From a virus, in IMG/VR virus record IMGVR_UViG_3300028549_000989, positions 1 through 39,112 of that record: 39,112 bases of DNA; one strand, given 5' to 3'. The number at the start of each line of letters is the position of its first letter. Within the stretch, counting starts at the first letter, position 1. Below the pieces are notes generated by a model. The model made no database searches. It was not told where the DNA came from and saw nothing but the letters and a program-made list of their open reading frames with translations. A program made the position numbers and the translations under genes. Below, one piece after another: positions 17,550 to 25,551 of this stretch.

Positions 17550-17559
17550 TAAGCACAAT

Positions 17560-17592
17560 AAAGGCACTCTTTTTAGAGTGTCTTTTTATTTC
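17560..17592 (+). terminator. Intrinsic terminator after the capsid gene (Tphi-like position)
   Basis: AAAGGCACTCT-TTTT-AGAGTGTCTTT forms an 11-bp stem with one G-U, followed by a T-rich tract. Confidence 0.75.
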
Positions 17593-17611
17593 AAAATAAA
17601 GAGGTTAATAA

Positions 17612-18214
17612 ATGTCAAGTATTTATACTGATTCAACATTATATGCAAACAACAAGTTAGGTATGATAAACCAATGTTTAAGTACAATTGGACAAAGACC
17701 CTTAGTAGAAGGAACTCAAATAGAGTCTCTTCCAGTAGGCTCCGAAGCGAGAGTAGCTGGTGATATTGTTACTAATGTTATGAAAGAAATACAAGCCAAA
17801 GGTTGGTATTTCAATACTGATATTAATTTCAAATTCTTACCAGATAGTTATGGCTTTATAGCTGTTCCTCCAAGTCTATTAAGAATAGATGTAGGAAATA
17901 CAAAATATAGAAAGAATATTGTTTTAAGAGGTAATAGATTTTATAATAGAGAAAGCTTTTCTTATATTTTTACAACAGAAATATATGCTGATGCTGTATG
18001 GTTAATAGATTATGAATTATTGCCATTTACAGCTTATCAATATATAGCTTTAAGAAGTGCTCGTTTATTTCAACAAAAGTTTATAGGAAGTGAAGATTTA
18101 ACTGTTATAACTTTAAAAGAAGAAGAAGAAGCATTAGAAACATTAGAAAGAGAACAATTACAATATGAAGATATAAACTTAGTAGATGTATCTTTTAATA
18201 GAACAAAATTTTAG
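17612..18214 (+). CDS. Tail tubular protein A (T7 gp11-like)
   Basis: 200 aa. LSTIGQRPL and KGWYFN match T7 gp11 LASIGEPPV and RGWTFN. Confidence 0.85.
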   Translation: MSSIYTDSTLYANNKLGMINQCLSTIGQRPLVEGTQIESLPVGSEARVAGDIVTNVMKEIQAKGWYFNTDINFKFLPDSYGFIAVPPSLLRIDVGNTKYRKNIVLRGNRFYNRESFSYIFTTEIYADAVWLIDYELLPFTAYQYIALRSARLFQQKFIGSEDLTVITLKEEEEALETLEREQLQYEDINLVDVSFNRTKF

Positions 18215-18225
18215 GAGGTTTAAAA

Positions 18226-20526
18226 ATGGCAAAGATAGTTACACATACAATTGCTAATTTATCTGGCGGTGTTACACAAGCATTTGATGAGCAAGCAAGT
18301 GAAATTCAAGTAAGAGAGATGATTAACTGTTTGCCTACAATCTCAAAAGGAGTTTTTAGAAGAAATCCTATAAATGGAGAACAACTAATAACAACATTTA
18401 ACACTAATGATTATTATGTTTATTCTTATGATAGAGGAACAGATGATGATAAATACACAATTATGATAGGTAAAGGTCAATGGTTAGTATTTAATGCTAT
18501 CACTAATGATTTAGTTGCTTCTGGAACATCTTCATATCTTAACATTCCACTTGGAGTGACACCAGAAGAAGCATTTAGTGTTGTTACTGTAAGAGACTTT
18601 ACTTTTATTTGTAATAAATATGTAAAGGTTGCTACAAATGGTGTCGTTGAGGGAACATTAGATAGTCATAAAAAGACAGGTATTTATTGGATAAAGCAAA
18701 CTTCACAGAACACTGTTGAAGCTTCAAATGAACCACGTATCATTGATAATCGTATATATGACCAAGCAAAGAATGGTCTTTTAATAGAAGGATATTCATA
18801 TGTATTAAATGGACAATTAGTGCAAGCTAAGAAAGATACTCGTTGGGATGGTACTATTGATATCCTTAGAGGAGACCAAATAGCAACAGAATTGAAGACC
18901 TTATTAGGTATCGCTTATACTGCTTCAAATGCTTTCGTATATAAAACAAATATGGGAGTAAATGATGCTTGGGAATGGGGAGACTCAAATGGAAACAATG
19001 CAAGCTTTGGTTTTAAAGGTATCGTTGAAAGACCTGATATGCTTCCTGATAAACTTCCAGCAGCATTAAATGGTCTTTTAGTGAATATCTCACAAAGTAC
19101 AGAAAGTACATTAGACGATTACTGGTTAAAGTACAGTGGAGCTACTTGGCTTGAAGATAAGAAACCAGGAATGGTAAATACACTATTAGAAACTACTATG
19201 CCTCATGTCTTAGTAAGAGGCTCTAATGGTGCTTTTAGTTTTACAACATTTACAGAAAGTTCTTTAAATGCTCTTGGAATAACTAATTCAGCAGTGCCTT
19301 ATGGTTGGAAACAAAGAACAGTAGGAGATGAAAAGACGTGTCCTTTACCAAGCTTTGTAGATAACTATATAACACAAGTGTTCTTTCATAAGAACAGATT
19401 AGGTTTCATTTCAAGAGACAATATTATACTTTCAGAGAATAATGATTTAGGAAACTTCTTTGGAACATCTGTAAGGTATCTTCCAGAGACAGACCCTATT
19501 GATATAACAGTAGCTACACAAGAAGTTTCTTATTTGAACTCTGTAATATCTACTAATAATGCTCTTATTATGTTCTCTAATAAAGCACAATACATATTAC
19601 ATTCTGGTAATGGTGCCTTAACACCTTCAAGTGCTACTATTGATGTAGCTTCAAAGTACTCTAACAATCCTAAATGTATGCCAAAAGCGTTAGGTAATAA
19701 GATATATTTCATAGATGAAACAGCAGGATACTCCCAAATGTATCTTTATAATGTTACAGAAGGAGTTGCTAATACAGAAGCTATGAATGTCTCTGAACAT
19801 ATCCCTACATATCTTCCTAAGAATATAAGTATTATAGAAGGTAATAGTAATCTTGGATATGTCTTTTTATGGTCTGTTGATACTCCTTCAACGATTTATG
19901 TGTTTTCACAAAACATATCTAATAATAAAATCAATCAAGCATCTTGGCATAAATGGATAATGCCAGCTAATGGTGTTATAACAGGAATGAATATAATAGA
20001 TAATTCTTTAAAAGTAATCCTTAGAAGTGCTACTGAGTATCTTTATTATGCTTGTGATATCTCCTTAGAGATACCAAGTGATTATAATACTATAATATAT
20101 GAAGATACAATAGATGATTTTACAGCACCTTATGAGAGCACAATAGAGTTCTCTAAATGGTTAATAAAAGACAACAATGGACAAGGTTCAAAAGATGGAA
20201 GACTTCAAATAAGAACTATAAGTTATTCTTTATATGGTTCAAGTTATTATAAAACTTCTATTGTTACTGATAGTGGTACATTATCAGAAGCTATGGAGAA
20301 TACTTGGAATGATACTATGGTATGGTCTGATACAGATACATTTAATGATGGTAATAGTATATATGCTATAACATTAGCAAACCAAGAAAGAGTTCTTGTA
20401 ATGGGTAATTCAAAGGATACTTTAATAGTATTTCAAAATGATACAGATAATAATCCTACAAAAGGATTTAATCTTTCAACAATAACATATGAAGGTACAT
20501 ATCATATTAGAGGACAAAGATACTAA
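18226..20526 (+). CDS. Tail tubular protein B (T7 gp12-like)
   Basis: 766 aa. N-terminal IANLSGGVTQ matches T7 gp12 IKNLKGGISQ. Syntenic position. Confidence 0.85.
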   Translation: MAKIVTHTIANLSGGVTQAFDEQASEIQVREMINCLPTISKGVFRRNPINGEQLITTFNTNDYYVYSYDRGTDDDKYTIMIGKGQWLVFNAITNDLVASGTSSYLNIPLGVTPEEAFSVVTVRDFTFICNKYVKVATNGVVEGTLDSHKKTGIYWIKQTSQNTVEASNEPRIIDNRIYDQAKNGLLIEGYSYVLNGQLVQAKKDTRWDGTIDILRGDQIATELKTLLGIAYTASNAFVYKTNMGVNDAWEWGDSNGNNASFGFKGIVERPDMLPDKLPAALNGLLVNISQSTESTLDDYWLKYSGATWLEDKKPGMVNTLLETTMPHVLVRGSNGAFSFTTFTESSLNALGITNSAVPYGWKQRTVGDEKTCPLPSFVDNYITQVFFHKNRLGFISRDNIILSENNDLGNFFGTSVRYLPETDPIDITVATQEVSYLNSVISTNNALIMFSNKAQYILHSGNGALTPSSATIDVASKYSNNPKCMPKALGNKIYFIDETAGYSQMYLYNVTEGVANTEAMNVSEHIPTYLPKNISIIEGNSNLGYVFLWSVDTPSTIYVFSQNISNNKINQASWHKWIMPANGVITGMNIIDNSLKVILRSATEYLYYACDISLEIPSDYNTIIYEDTIDDFTAPYESTIEFSKWLIKDNNGQGSKDGRLQIRTISYSLYGSSYYKTSIVTDSGTLSEAMENTWNDTMVWSDTDTFNDGNSIYAITLANQERVLVMGNSKDTLIVFQNDTDNNPTKGFNLSTITYEGTYHIRGQRY

Positions 20527-20553
20527 AAAAAAATAAAATAGAGAGGATATATA

Positions 20554-22416
20554 ATGATTTCTACAAAAACATACACAGGGACATCTGTAAATGGTGTCAA
20601 TAAAAGATTTTTATTTGAGTTTATAAGCCCTGCGGATAACTTTGTTAGGGTCTTTATACATACATTAGGAGCTCCTTCCTTAGCAGATTTGGTATCTCCA
20701 AATGCTTATGATTTAATAGATAACTCTATTGCTTTCTATAATGCTCCTTATGAGGGCTCTACAATAACAATAGAAGTAGCTACAACACCAGAAGAGTTTG
20801 GTAATAGTATATCTTTACCAGCTGCTGATAGAGCAGATGCTGCTGCTAACTTAGCAGAGCAATATGCTATCGCTGCAAGAGGTTATAGAGACCAATCACA
20901 AGCTTATAGTATAGACTCTGCGGACTCTGCTGAGGAAGCTTCTTATTATGCTCAGTTGGCTCTTAATAGATACAATGAAACATTGAATGCTTCTACACAA
21001 GCTACTAATAGTGCTTCAAGTGCTGCTATAAATGCTACATCTGCACATAGCTCTTATTTGGCTTGTAAAGAAATACAAGATGAGATAGATGATACTGTAA
21101 CAGGTGCCTTAGCAGTATCTAATGATGCTTTAAATACAGCAGAAACTGCTTTAACAAACTCTATAAATGCTAATAATAGTGCTTCAATAGCATCTTCATT
21201 AGCTTCCTTAGCTTACCAACAATCAAATAGTAACACATTAGCTATAAACGGAATACACTCTGATATAGATGGTATAAACTTTGCTTTAAATGACCTTTAT
21301 GGTGTCGTTGATGGTGCTGTTTTAACTGCTGATGGTGCTCAACTTATTGCTGAAACTGCTATAACAGATGCTTTTAATGCTCAAACAACTGCTGATAGTG
21401 CTTTAACATTGGCTACAACAGCTGATGCTAACTCTTCTACTGCTCTTACAACAGCTATCGCTGCACAAGATACTGCTGATGCAGCTTATACTCTTGCTTC
21501 TCTTGCTGGTGGAAGTAGAGTATATTATACTGGAACAAGTAGTACTTCTCCTACTGGTGCAAAAAATGGAGACATCCATATCTATTATACTCCTGATGCA
21601 ATTATTACTACTACTTATCTTTATATTGTTAGGCAATTTAATGGTTCTTCTTGGAATAATGTAATGAGTGCTAATAATTCTAATCTATCTGGTACTTATT
21701 ATACAGCAAGAAGTAGTGACCCTACACCAGCAGTTGGTAAAATGTGGTATAATACTACAAGCTATTTATGGAAAATATCATATAGAAACTCAGGAGGTAC
21801 TATAATAGTAGGAAATATTATAAAAACAGGCTCACTTAATAATACTACAAATTTTACTTCTCTTATTATTGGTACAACTGCAAAAGGTTCTATTGTAGAA
21901 AGCGGTGGTTATCTACTAATACAAACAACTGCTTTCAATACTACAAGAGATGGTGTATCAATAGGTAATGCTATGTTTAGTCCAAATGAAGATAATAATC
22001 AATCACTTGGGTGGTCAAGTAAAAGATGGAGTACTTTATATGTAACATCTGGTGTTATATATACATCTGATGAAAGAGCAAAAACAGATATAAGAGAATT
22101 AAATGAACAAGAATTAGCAGTAGCTATTAAACTAAAAAAAGCTATAAAAGCTTTTAAATTTAAAGATGCCATTGAAGTAAAAGGTATTGATAAAGCAAGA
22201 ATACATATAGGTGTTATAGCACAGGAAGTTAAAATAATTTTTGAAAGTGAAGGATTAGATGCTTTTAATTATGGAATACTTTGTTATGACACTTGGGAAG
22301 AAACACAAGAAGTATTAGCAGAAGATGGTACAATAGCTACTAATTATATTCCTTCTGGTGATAGATATGGAGTGCGTTATGAAGAATTATATGCTTTCAT
22401 AATAGCTGCTATGTAG
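20554..22416 (+). CDS. Tail fibre/spike with T7 gp17-like N-terminal adaptor and C-terminal S74 intramolecular chaperone domain
   Basis: The N-terminus resembles the gp17 tail-attachment region. The centre is A/S/T-rich and helical. C-terminal YTSDERAKTDI...IHIGVIAQEV is typical of peptidase S74 auto-cleaving chaperones. Confidence 0.85.
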   Translation: MISTKTYTGTSVNGVNKRFLFEFISPADNFVRVFIHTLGAPSLADLVSPNAYDLIDNSIAFYNAPYEGSTITIEVATTPEEFGNSISLPAADRADAAANLAEQYAIAARGYRDQSQAYSIDSADSAEEASYYAQLALNRYNETLNASTQATNSASSAAINATSAHSSYLACKEIQDEIDDTVTGALAVSNDALNTAETALTNSINANNSASIASSLASLAYQQSNSNTLAINGIHSDIDGINFALNDLYGVVDGAVLTADGAQLIAETAITDAFNAQTTADSALTLATTADANSSTALTTAIAAQDTADAAYTLASLAGGSRVYYTGTSSTSPTGAKNGDIHIYYTPDAIITTTYLYIVRQFNGSSWNNVMSANNSNLSGTYYTARSSDPTPAVGKMWYNTTSYLWKISYRNSGGTIIVGNIIKTGSLNNTTNFTSLIIGTTAKGSIVESGGYLLIQTTAFNTTRDGVSIGNAMFSPNEDNNQSLGWSSKRWSTLYVTSGVIYTSDERAKTDIRELNEQELAVAIKLKKAIKAFKFKDAIEVKGIDKARIHIGVIAQEVKIIFESEGLDAFNYGILCYDTWEETQEVLAEDGTIATNYIPSGDRYGVRYEELYAFIIAAM

Positions 22417-22425
22417 GAGACTATA

Positions 22426-22758
22426 ATGGAAGCTTTTAAAAGATTTATAAATATAATAAACCCATTTAATATGGGAGAAGTAGTATCTACGGTGCTACAA
22501 GAGAGTAATTCTATACAAGAGCAATTAAAGGCTCTTGAATTATCAGTTGAAGCTATGAAAAGAGTATTTGATGAGTATGATGAGAAGATAGAAAAAGCAG
22601 AGACAAGAGTAAAACATATAACAACAGAAACTATACATATATTAGAAACTATAAAGATATCATTAGAGAGTTCTTGTGATGTATGTAAGCAACAACACGT
22701 AAAGACCATAATAAGCTATTGTGATGAGATAATTAAGGAGGTAAAGAGAGATGACTGA
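22426..22758 (+). CDS. Hypothetical protein (charged, likely helical)
   Basis: GGAG RBS; tightly coupled to downstream genes. Confidence 0.5.
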   Translation: MEAFKRFINIINPFNMGEVVSTVLQESNSIQEQLKALELSVEAMKRVFDEYDEKIEKAETRVKHITTETIHILETIKISLESSCDVCKQQHVKTIISYCDEIIKEVKRDD

Positions 22759-22972
22759 TAACAAGACACCTGAATGGCACACAGACAAAGCTCTTGTAAC
22801 GCATCTTCTTGATGAATATGGAAAGCAGTTAAAGGAGATGGCTAAGAGTATGTCAGAGCTTGATAAGAAGCTTGAAGTGCTTAATACTAAGGTTATGTTT
22901 GGTGCTGCTTTAATATCTATTGTAATCTCTATAATATCAAAGTTTATAACTTTTGATGGAGGTGTAAAATGA
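22751..22972 (+). CDS. Small membrane protein with a single C-terminal TM (holin/antiholin candidate)
   Basis: VMFGAALISIVISIISKFITF near the C-terminus. First gene of the lysis cluster. Confidence 0.4.
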   Translation: MTDNKTPEWHTDKALVTHLLDEYGKQLKEMAKSMSELDKKLEVLNTKVMFGAALISIVISIISKFITFDGGVK

Positions 22973-23241
22973 CACCTAAGAAGCCACATTTAAAGCAACT
23001 TATATGTGATCCTGATGGTTCATATAGTCATACCAAGTTATGGGCTAATATAGCAAATGCAACAGCAACAGGAGCAATATTAAATGTATCTTATAATGGT
23101 ACATTAAGTGCTGAACTTTTAGGTACATTTTTAGTTGGAGTAGGAGCACAAAGAGTAGCTTCTAAGTTCCTTGATAAGAAAACACAAGAAGTAGCACAAG
23201 AGGTACAAGAAAATGAAAACATTGAAGATGCTAACAAGTGA
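22969..23241 (+). CDS. Holin candidate
   Basis: Two moderately hydrophobic segments (LWANIANATATGAILNV, LLGTFLVGVGAQRVA) and a highly charged C-terminus. Sits just upstream of the spanins. Confidence 0.4.
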   Translation: MTPKKPHLKQLICDPDGSYSHTKLWANIANATATGAILNVSYNGTLSAELLGTFLVGVGAQRVASKFLDKKTQEVAQEVQENENIEDANK

Positions 23242-23557
23242 GGTTCTATGGTACATTATAGGAGCATTAGGTGTGCTTTTAATATTTGCATATATAACAA
23301 TACTTAATAAAAACATAACAATTTCTAATAAAGAAACAAAGATAAAAGAACTTGAAGGACTTTATATGACACAAACAGAGCTTATAAAAGCTAATAAAGT
23401 AGATTATGAAAAGAAATTAAAAGAAGCTTCAAAGAAACAAATAGAGATACAAAATAAATATATCCCTATATATACTTCAATAGATACTTGGGAGGGCGAT
23501 AAAAATGCAACTGATAATGAAAACACTATTAAGTTCCTTAATGATACTATCTATTAG
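23213..23557 (+). CDS. i-spanin (Rz-like)
   Basis: N-terminal TM VLWYIIGALGVLLIFAYITIL followed by a charged, likely helical periplasmic domain. The 3' end overlaps the o-spanin gene. Confidence 0.65.
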   Translation: MKTLKMLTSEVLWYIIGALGVLLIFAYITILNKNITISNKETKIKELEGLYMTQTELIKANKVDYEKKLKEASKKQIEIQNKYIPIYTSIDTWEGDKNATDNENTIKFLNDTIY

Positions 23558-23741
23558 CGGATGTGCTGGTAAGATTGTGTATCTTCCTCAGAAGTGTTAT
23601 ATAAGTTCTATTGAAGAACCTATTATAGATAACTCTGATAGTAATACATCATTAGATGCTTCTAAGAAGTGTGTAAAGAATTATATGAAACAGAAAGAAT
23701 ACGCTGAAAAGCTTAAAGAACAAATAAAAATATGTCAATAG
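23505..23741 (+). CDS. o-spanin (Rz1-like outer-membrane lipoprotein)
   Basis: Signal peptide with lipobox LSISGC. Small product. The start lies inside the i-spanin gene in another frame. Confidence 0.7.
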   Translation: MQLIMKTLLSSLMILSISGCAGKIVYLPQKCYISSIEEPIIDNSDSNTSLDASKKCVKNYMKQKEYAEKLKEQIKICQ

Positions 23742-23753
23742 GAGGATACTTAA

Positions 23754-24173
23754 ATGGCTACATTAGGAACAAAAAGTAAAGAGAAACTTGCGAGTGTTCA
23801 TCCAGACTTAAAAAGAGTTTGTGAAGAAGCTATAAAGCACTATGATTTCACAGTTATTTATGGACACAGAACAACAGAAGAACAATTTGAATTATTTAAA
23901 AAAGGACGTGTATTACAAGGTGGTATATGGACTAAAATAGGTTCAACTGTAACTAACTTAGATGGTTATAAAAAGAAATCTAATCATAATCATTATCCAA
24001 GTTTAGCAGTAGATTTGGCTCCATATCCAATTGATTGGAATGATTTAAAAAGATTTAAAGAGTTAGCTACTGTTATGAAGAAAGCAGCAACAAAATTAGG
24101 AATAAAAATAACTTGTGGTGGTGATTGGAAATCTTTCAAAGACTATCCACATTTTGAATTAAAAGAGGTATAA
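23754..24173 (+). CDS. Endolysin, peptidase M15 (VanY / L-alanyl-D-glutamate peptidase type)
   Basis: HNHYPSLAVDL (HxxxxxxD zinc ligands) and GGDWKSFKDYPHFEL signature. Confidence 0.85.
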   Translation: MATLGTKSKEKLASVHPDLKRVCEEAIKHYDFTVIYGHRTTEEQFELFKKGRVLQGGIWTKIGSTVTNLDGYKKKSNHNHYPSLAVDLAPYPIDWNDLKRFKELATVMKKAATKLGIKITCGGDWKSFKDYPHFELKEV

Positions 24174-24176
24174 AAA

Positions 24177-24872
24177 ATGGCACAACAAACAATAAATAAC
24201 AATGAATTATTTGGTAGTATTAGAACAAAGTTGAATACAATGTTTGGAGAGATTTATACATCTATTAGTTCTTTTGGAACAAGTGTAAATACTCTTTTAA
24301 CTAATTATAATTTAATACAAAATACAGTAAGTTCTTTATCAGTAACAGTTGATAATCAAATAAATGTTAATACTACATTTACAAGTAGATTAAATGGTAT
24401 TGATTTAGATATTATAGCAATAGAAGATGATTTAACAGTTTTAAATAACACAGGAATAGCTTCTATTGGATACTTAGGAACTCCTTTTACTTTTACAGCA
24501 GATACAACAGCAACAAAGGTTTTAGCTTTTGATACGCTATCTTTAAATGTTGGTAGTAAAGTATCTTTAAATACAACAACAGATGTTATCACTATAAATG
24601 CTTCTGGTATATATGAGATAAAAGGAAATGTTATAATTGAAGCTCCTTCAAATGAAACTATATCATTTCAGCTTTATAGAAACGGTTCAGCGATAACTCC
24701 TGAGTTTTCACACCAAGGTATTGGAGCAGGGAAGCCTATTATAGTAACATATATAGGAGCATTTCAATTAAATGCTAATGATACATTAGAACTTTATAGT
24801 AAATCATTAGGAACAGCTTTCACAGCTACATTTAATAAATCTAATGTAGTTATAGAAAAGCTTCCTTATTAA
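24177..24872 (+). CDS. Second receptor-binding-like protein (fibre-type N-terminus, beta-rich C-terminal domain)
   Basis: N-terminal FGSIRTKLNTMFGEIY resembles conserved tail-fibre N-termini. The C-terminal half has the alternating beta pattern with GIYEI..NG..L.LNANDTLEL, reminiscent of C1q/TNF-like jelly rolls. Confidence 0.45.
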   Translation: MAQQTINNNELFGSIRTKLNTMFGEIYTSISSFGTSVNTLLTNYNLIQNTVSSLSVTVDNQINVNTTFTSRLNGIDLDIIAIEDDLTVLNNTGIASIGYLGTPFTFTADTTATKVLAFDTLSLNVGSKVSLNTTTDVITINASGIYEIKGNVIIEAPSNETISFQLYRNGSAITPEFSHQGIGAGKPIIVTYIGAFQLNANDTLELYSKSLGTAFTATFNKSNVVIEKLPY

Positions 24873-24891
24873 GTCTCTTTTAAAGAGGCTT
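24871..24891 (+). terminator. Weak hairpin after ORF 24177-24872
   Basis: AAGTCTC-TTTTAAA-GAGGCTT forms a 7-bp stem with one G-U. There is no clean T tract. Confidence 0.3.
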
Positions 24892-24922
24892 ATTATAATC
24901 TTTAATAATATCTTATATAGAT

Positions 24923-24948
24923 AAGGTATTACAAAATATTATATGTGT
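24923..24948 (+). promoter_or_regulatory. Diverged CTTGTAG..TATAT-type box upstream of the internal-virion-protein operon
   Basis: AAGGTATTACAAAATATTATATGTGT aligns with AGGTATCTTAAAATGCTTTATATGATGT. Confidence 0.3.
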
Positions 24949-24991
24949 CCTTAAAAGGACTTTAAATAAAATCAAAGAGAGGATACACAAA

Positions 24992-25537
24992 ATGGAATAT
25001 AATAACGCAAACACATTGAAAACTTTTATGGAACTTACAGAGAAGAATAAGATTGTAGCACAAAACAAGGCTTTAACAGATAATCTTAATAATATAAATT
25101 CTGTTTTAGATTTCACAAAAGAAAGCAATAATAGACTTATGAATGATTATGTAAATGAACTTGAAAGAGTATCTAAGATGGACATTATGGAGAAAGGTTT
25201 AGAATTATCAGAAGAAGTAAGTAAAGTTGCTGTATCTGATGGTATCACTGCTGGTGCTTCAAAGATGCGTGTAATACAAACAATAGCAAGTAAAACAAGT
25301 AAAGCATTAGGTGGTATTAAAGCAGGAACTGAAAGTGCTATATCTAAGGCTCGTCAAAGATTAGATGCTGATAATATAAACTTAGAAGCACAAAGATTGA
25401 ATGCTTATAATGATGTAAGAAATAAAATCATAAGTGGTCCTTTGGCTGCTTTACAAATACAAATAGCAGGACAACAAGGTTATCAACAAGGACTACAAAA
25501 AGATGTAGCTATTGAAGAAACTAAAAAATATCAATAA
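24992..25537 (+). CDS. Internal virion protein A (T7 gp14-like by size and order)
   Basis: 181 aa (T7 gp14 is 196 aa). First of three consecutive genes of increasing size. Confidence 0.5.
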   Translation: MEYNNANTLKTFMELTEKNKIVAQNKALTDNLNNINSVLDFTKESNNRLMNDYVNELERVSKMDIMEKGLELSEEVSKVAVSDGITAGASKMRVIQTIASKTSKALGGIKAGTESAISKARQRLDADNINLEAQRLNAYNDVRNKIISGPLAALQIQIAGQQGYQQGLQKDVAIEETKKYQ

Positions 25538-25551
25538 GGAGGATATATAGT

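Noticed and set aside
17500-17552. T7-like programmed -1 frameshift at the end of the capsid gene (10A/10B).
   Set aside because: No slippery heptamer was recognised near the stop. The -1 and +1 frames close quickly, and a terminator follows immediately.
17107-21664. Alternative-frame + strand ORFs 17107-17304 (inside the capsid gene) and 21425-21664 (inside the fibre gene).
   Set aside because: They are embedded in recognisable genes, have no RBS, and give leucine-rich nonsense products.
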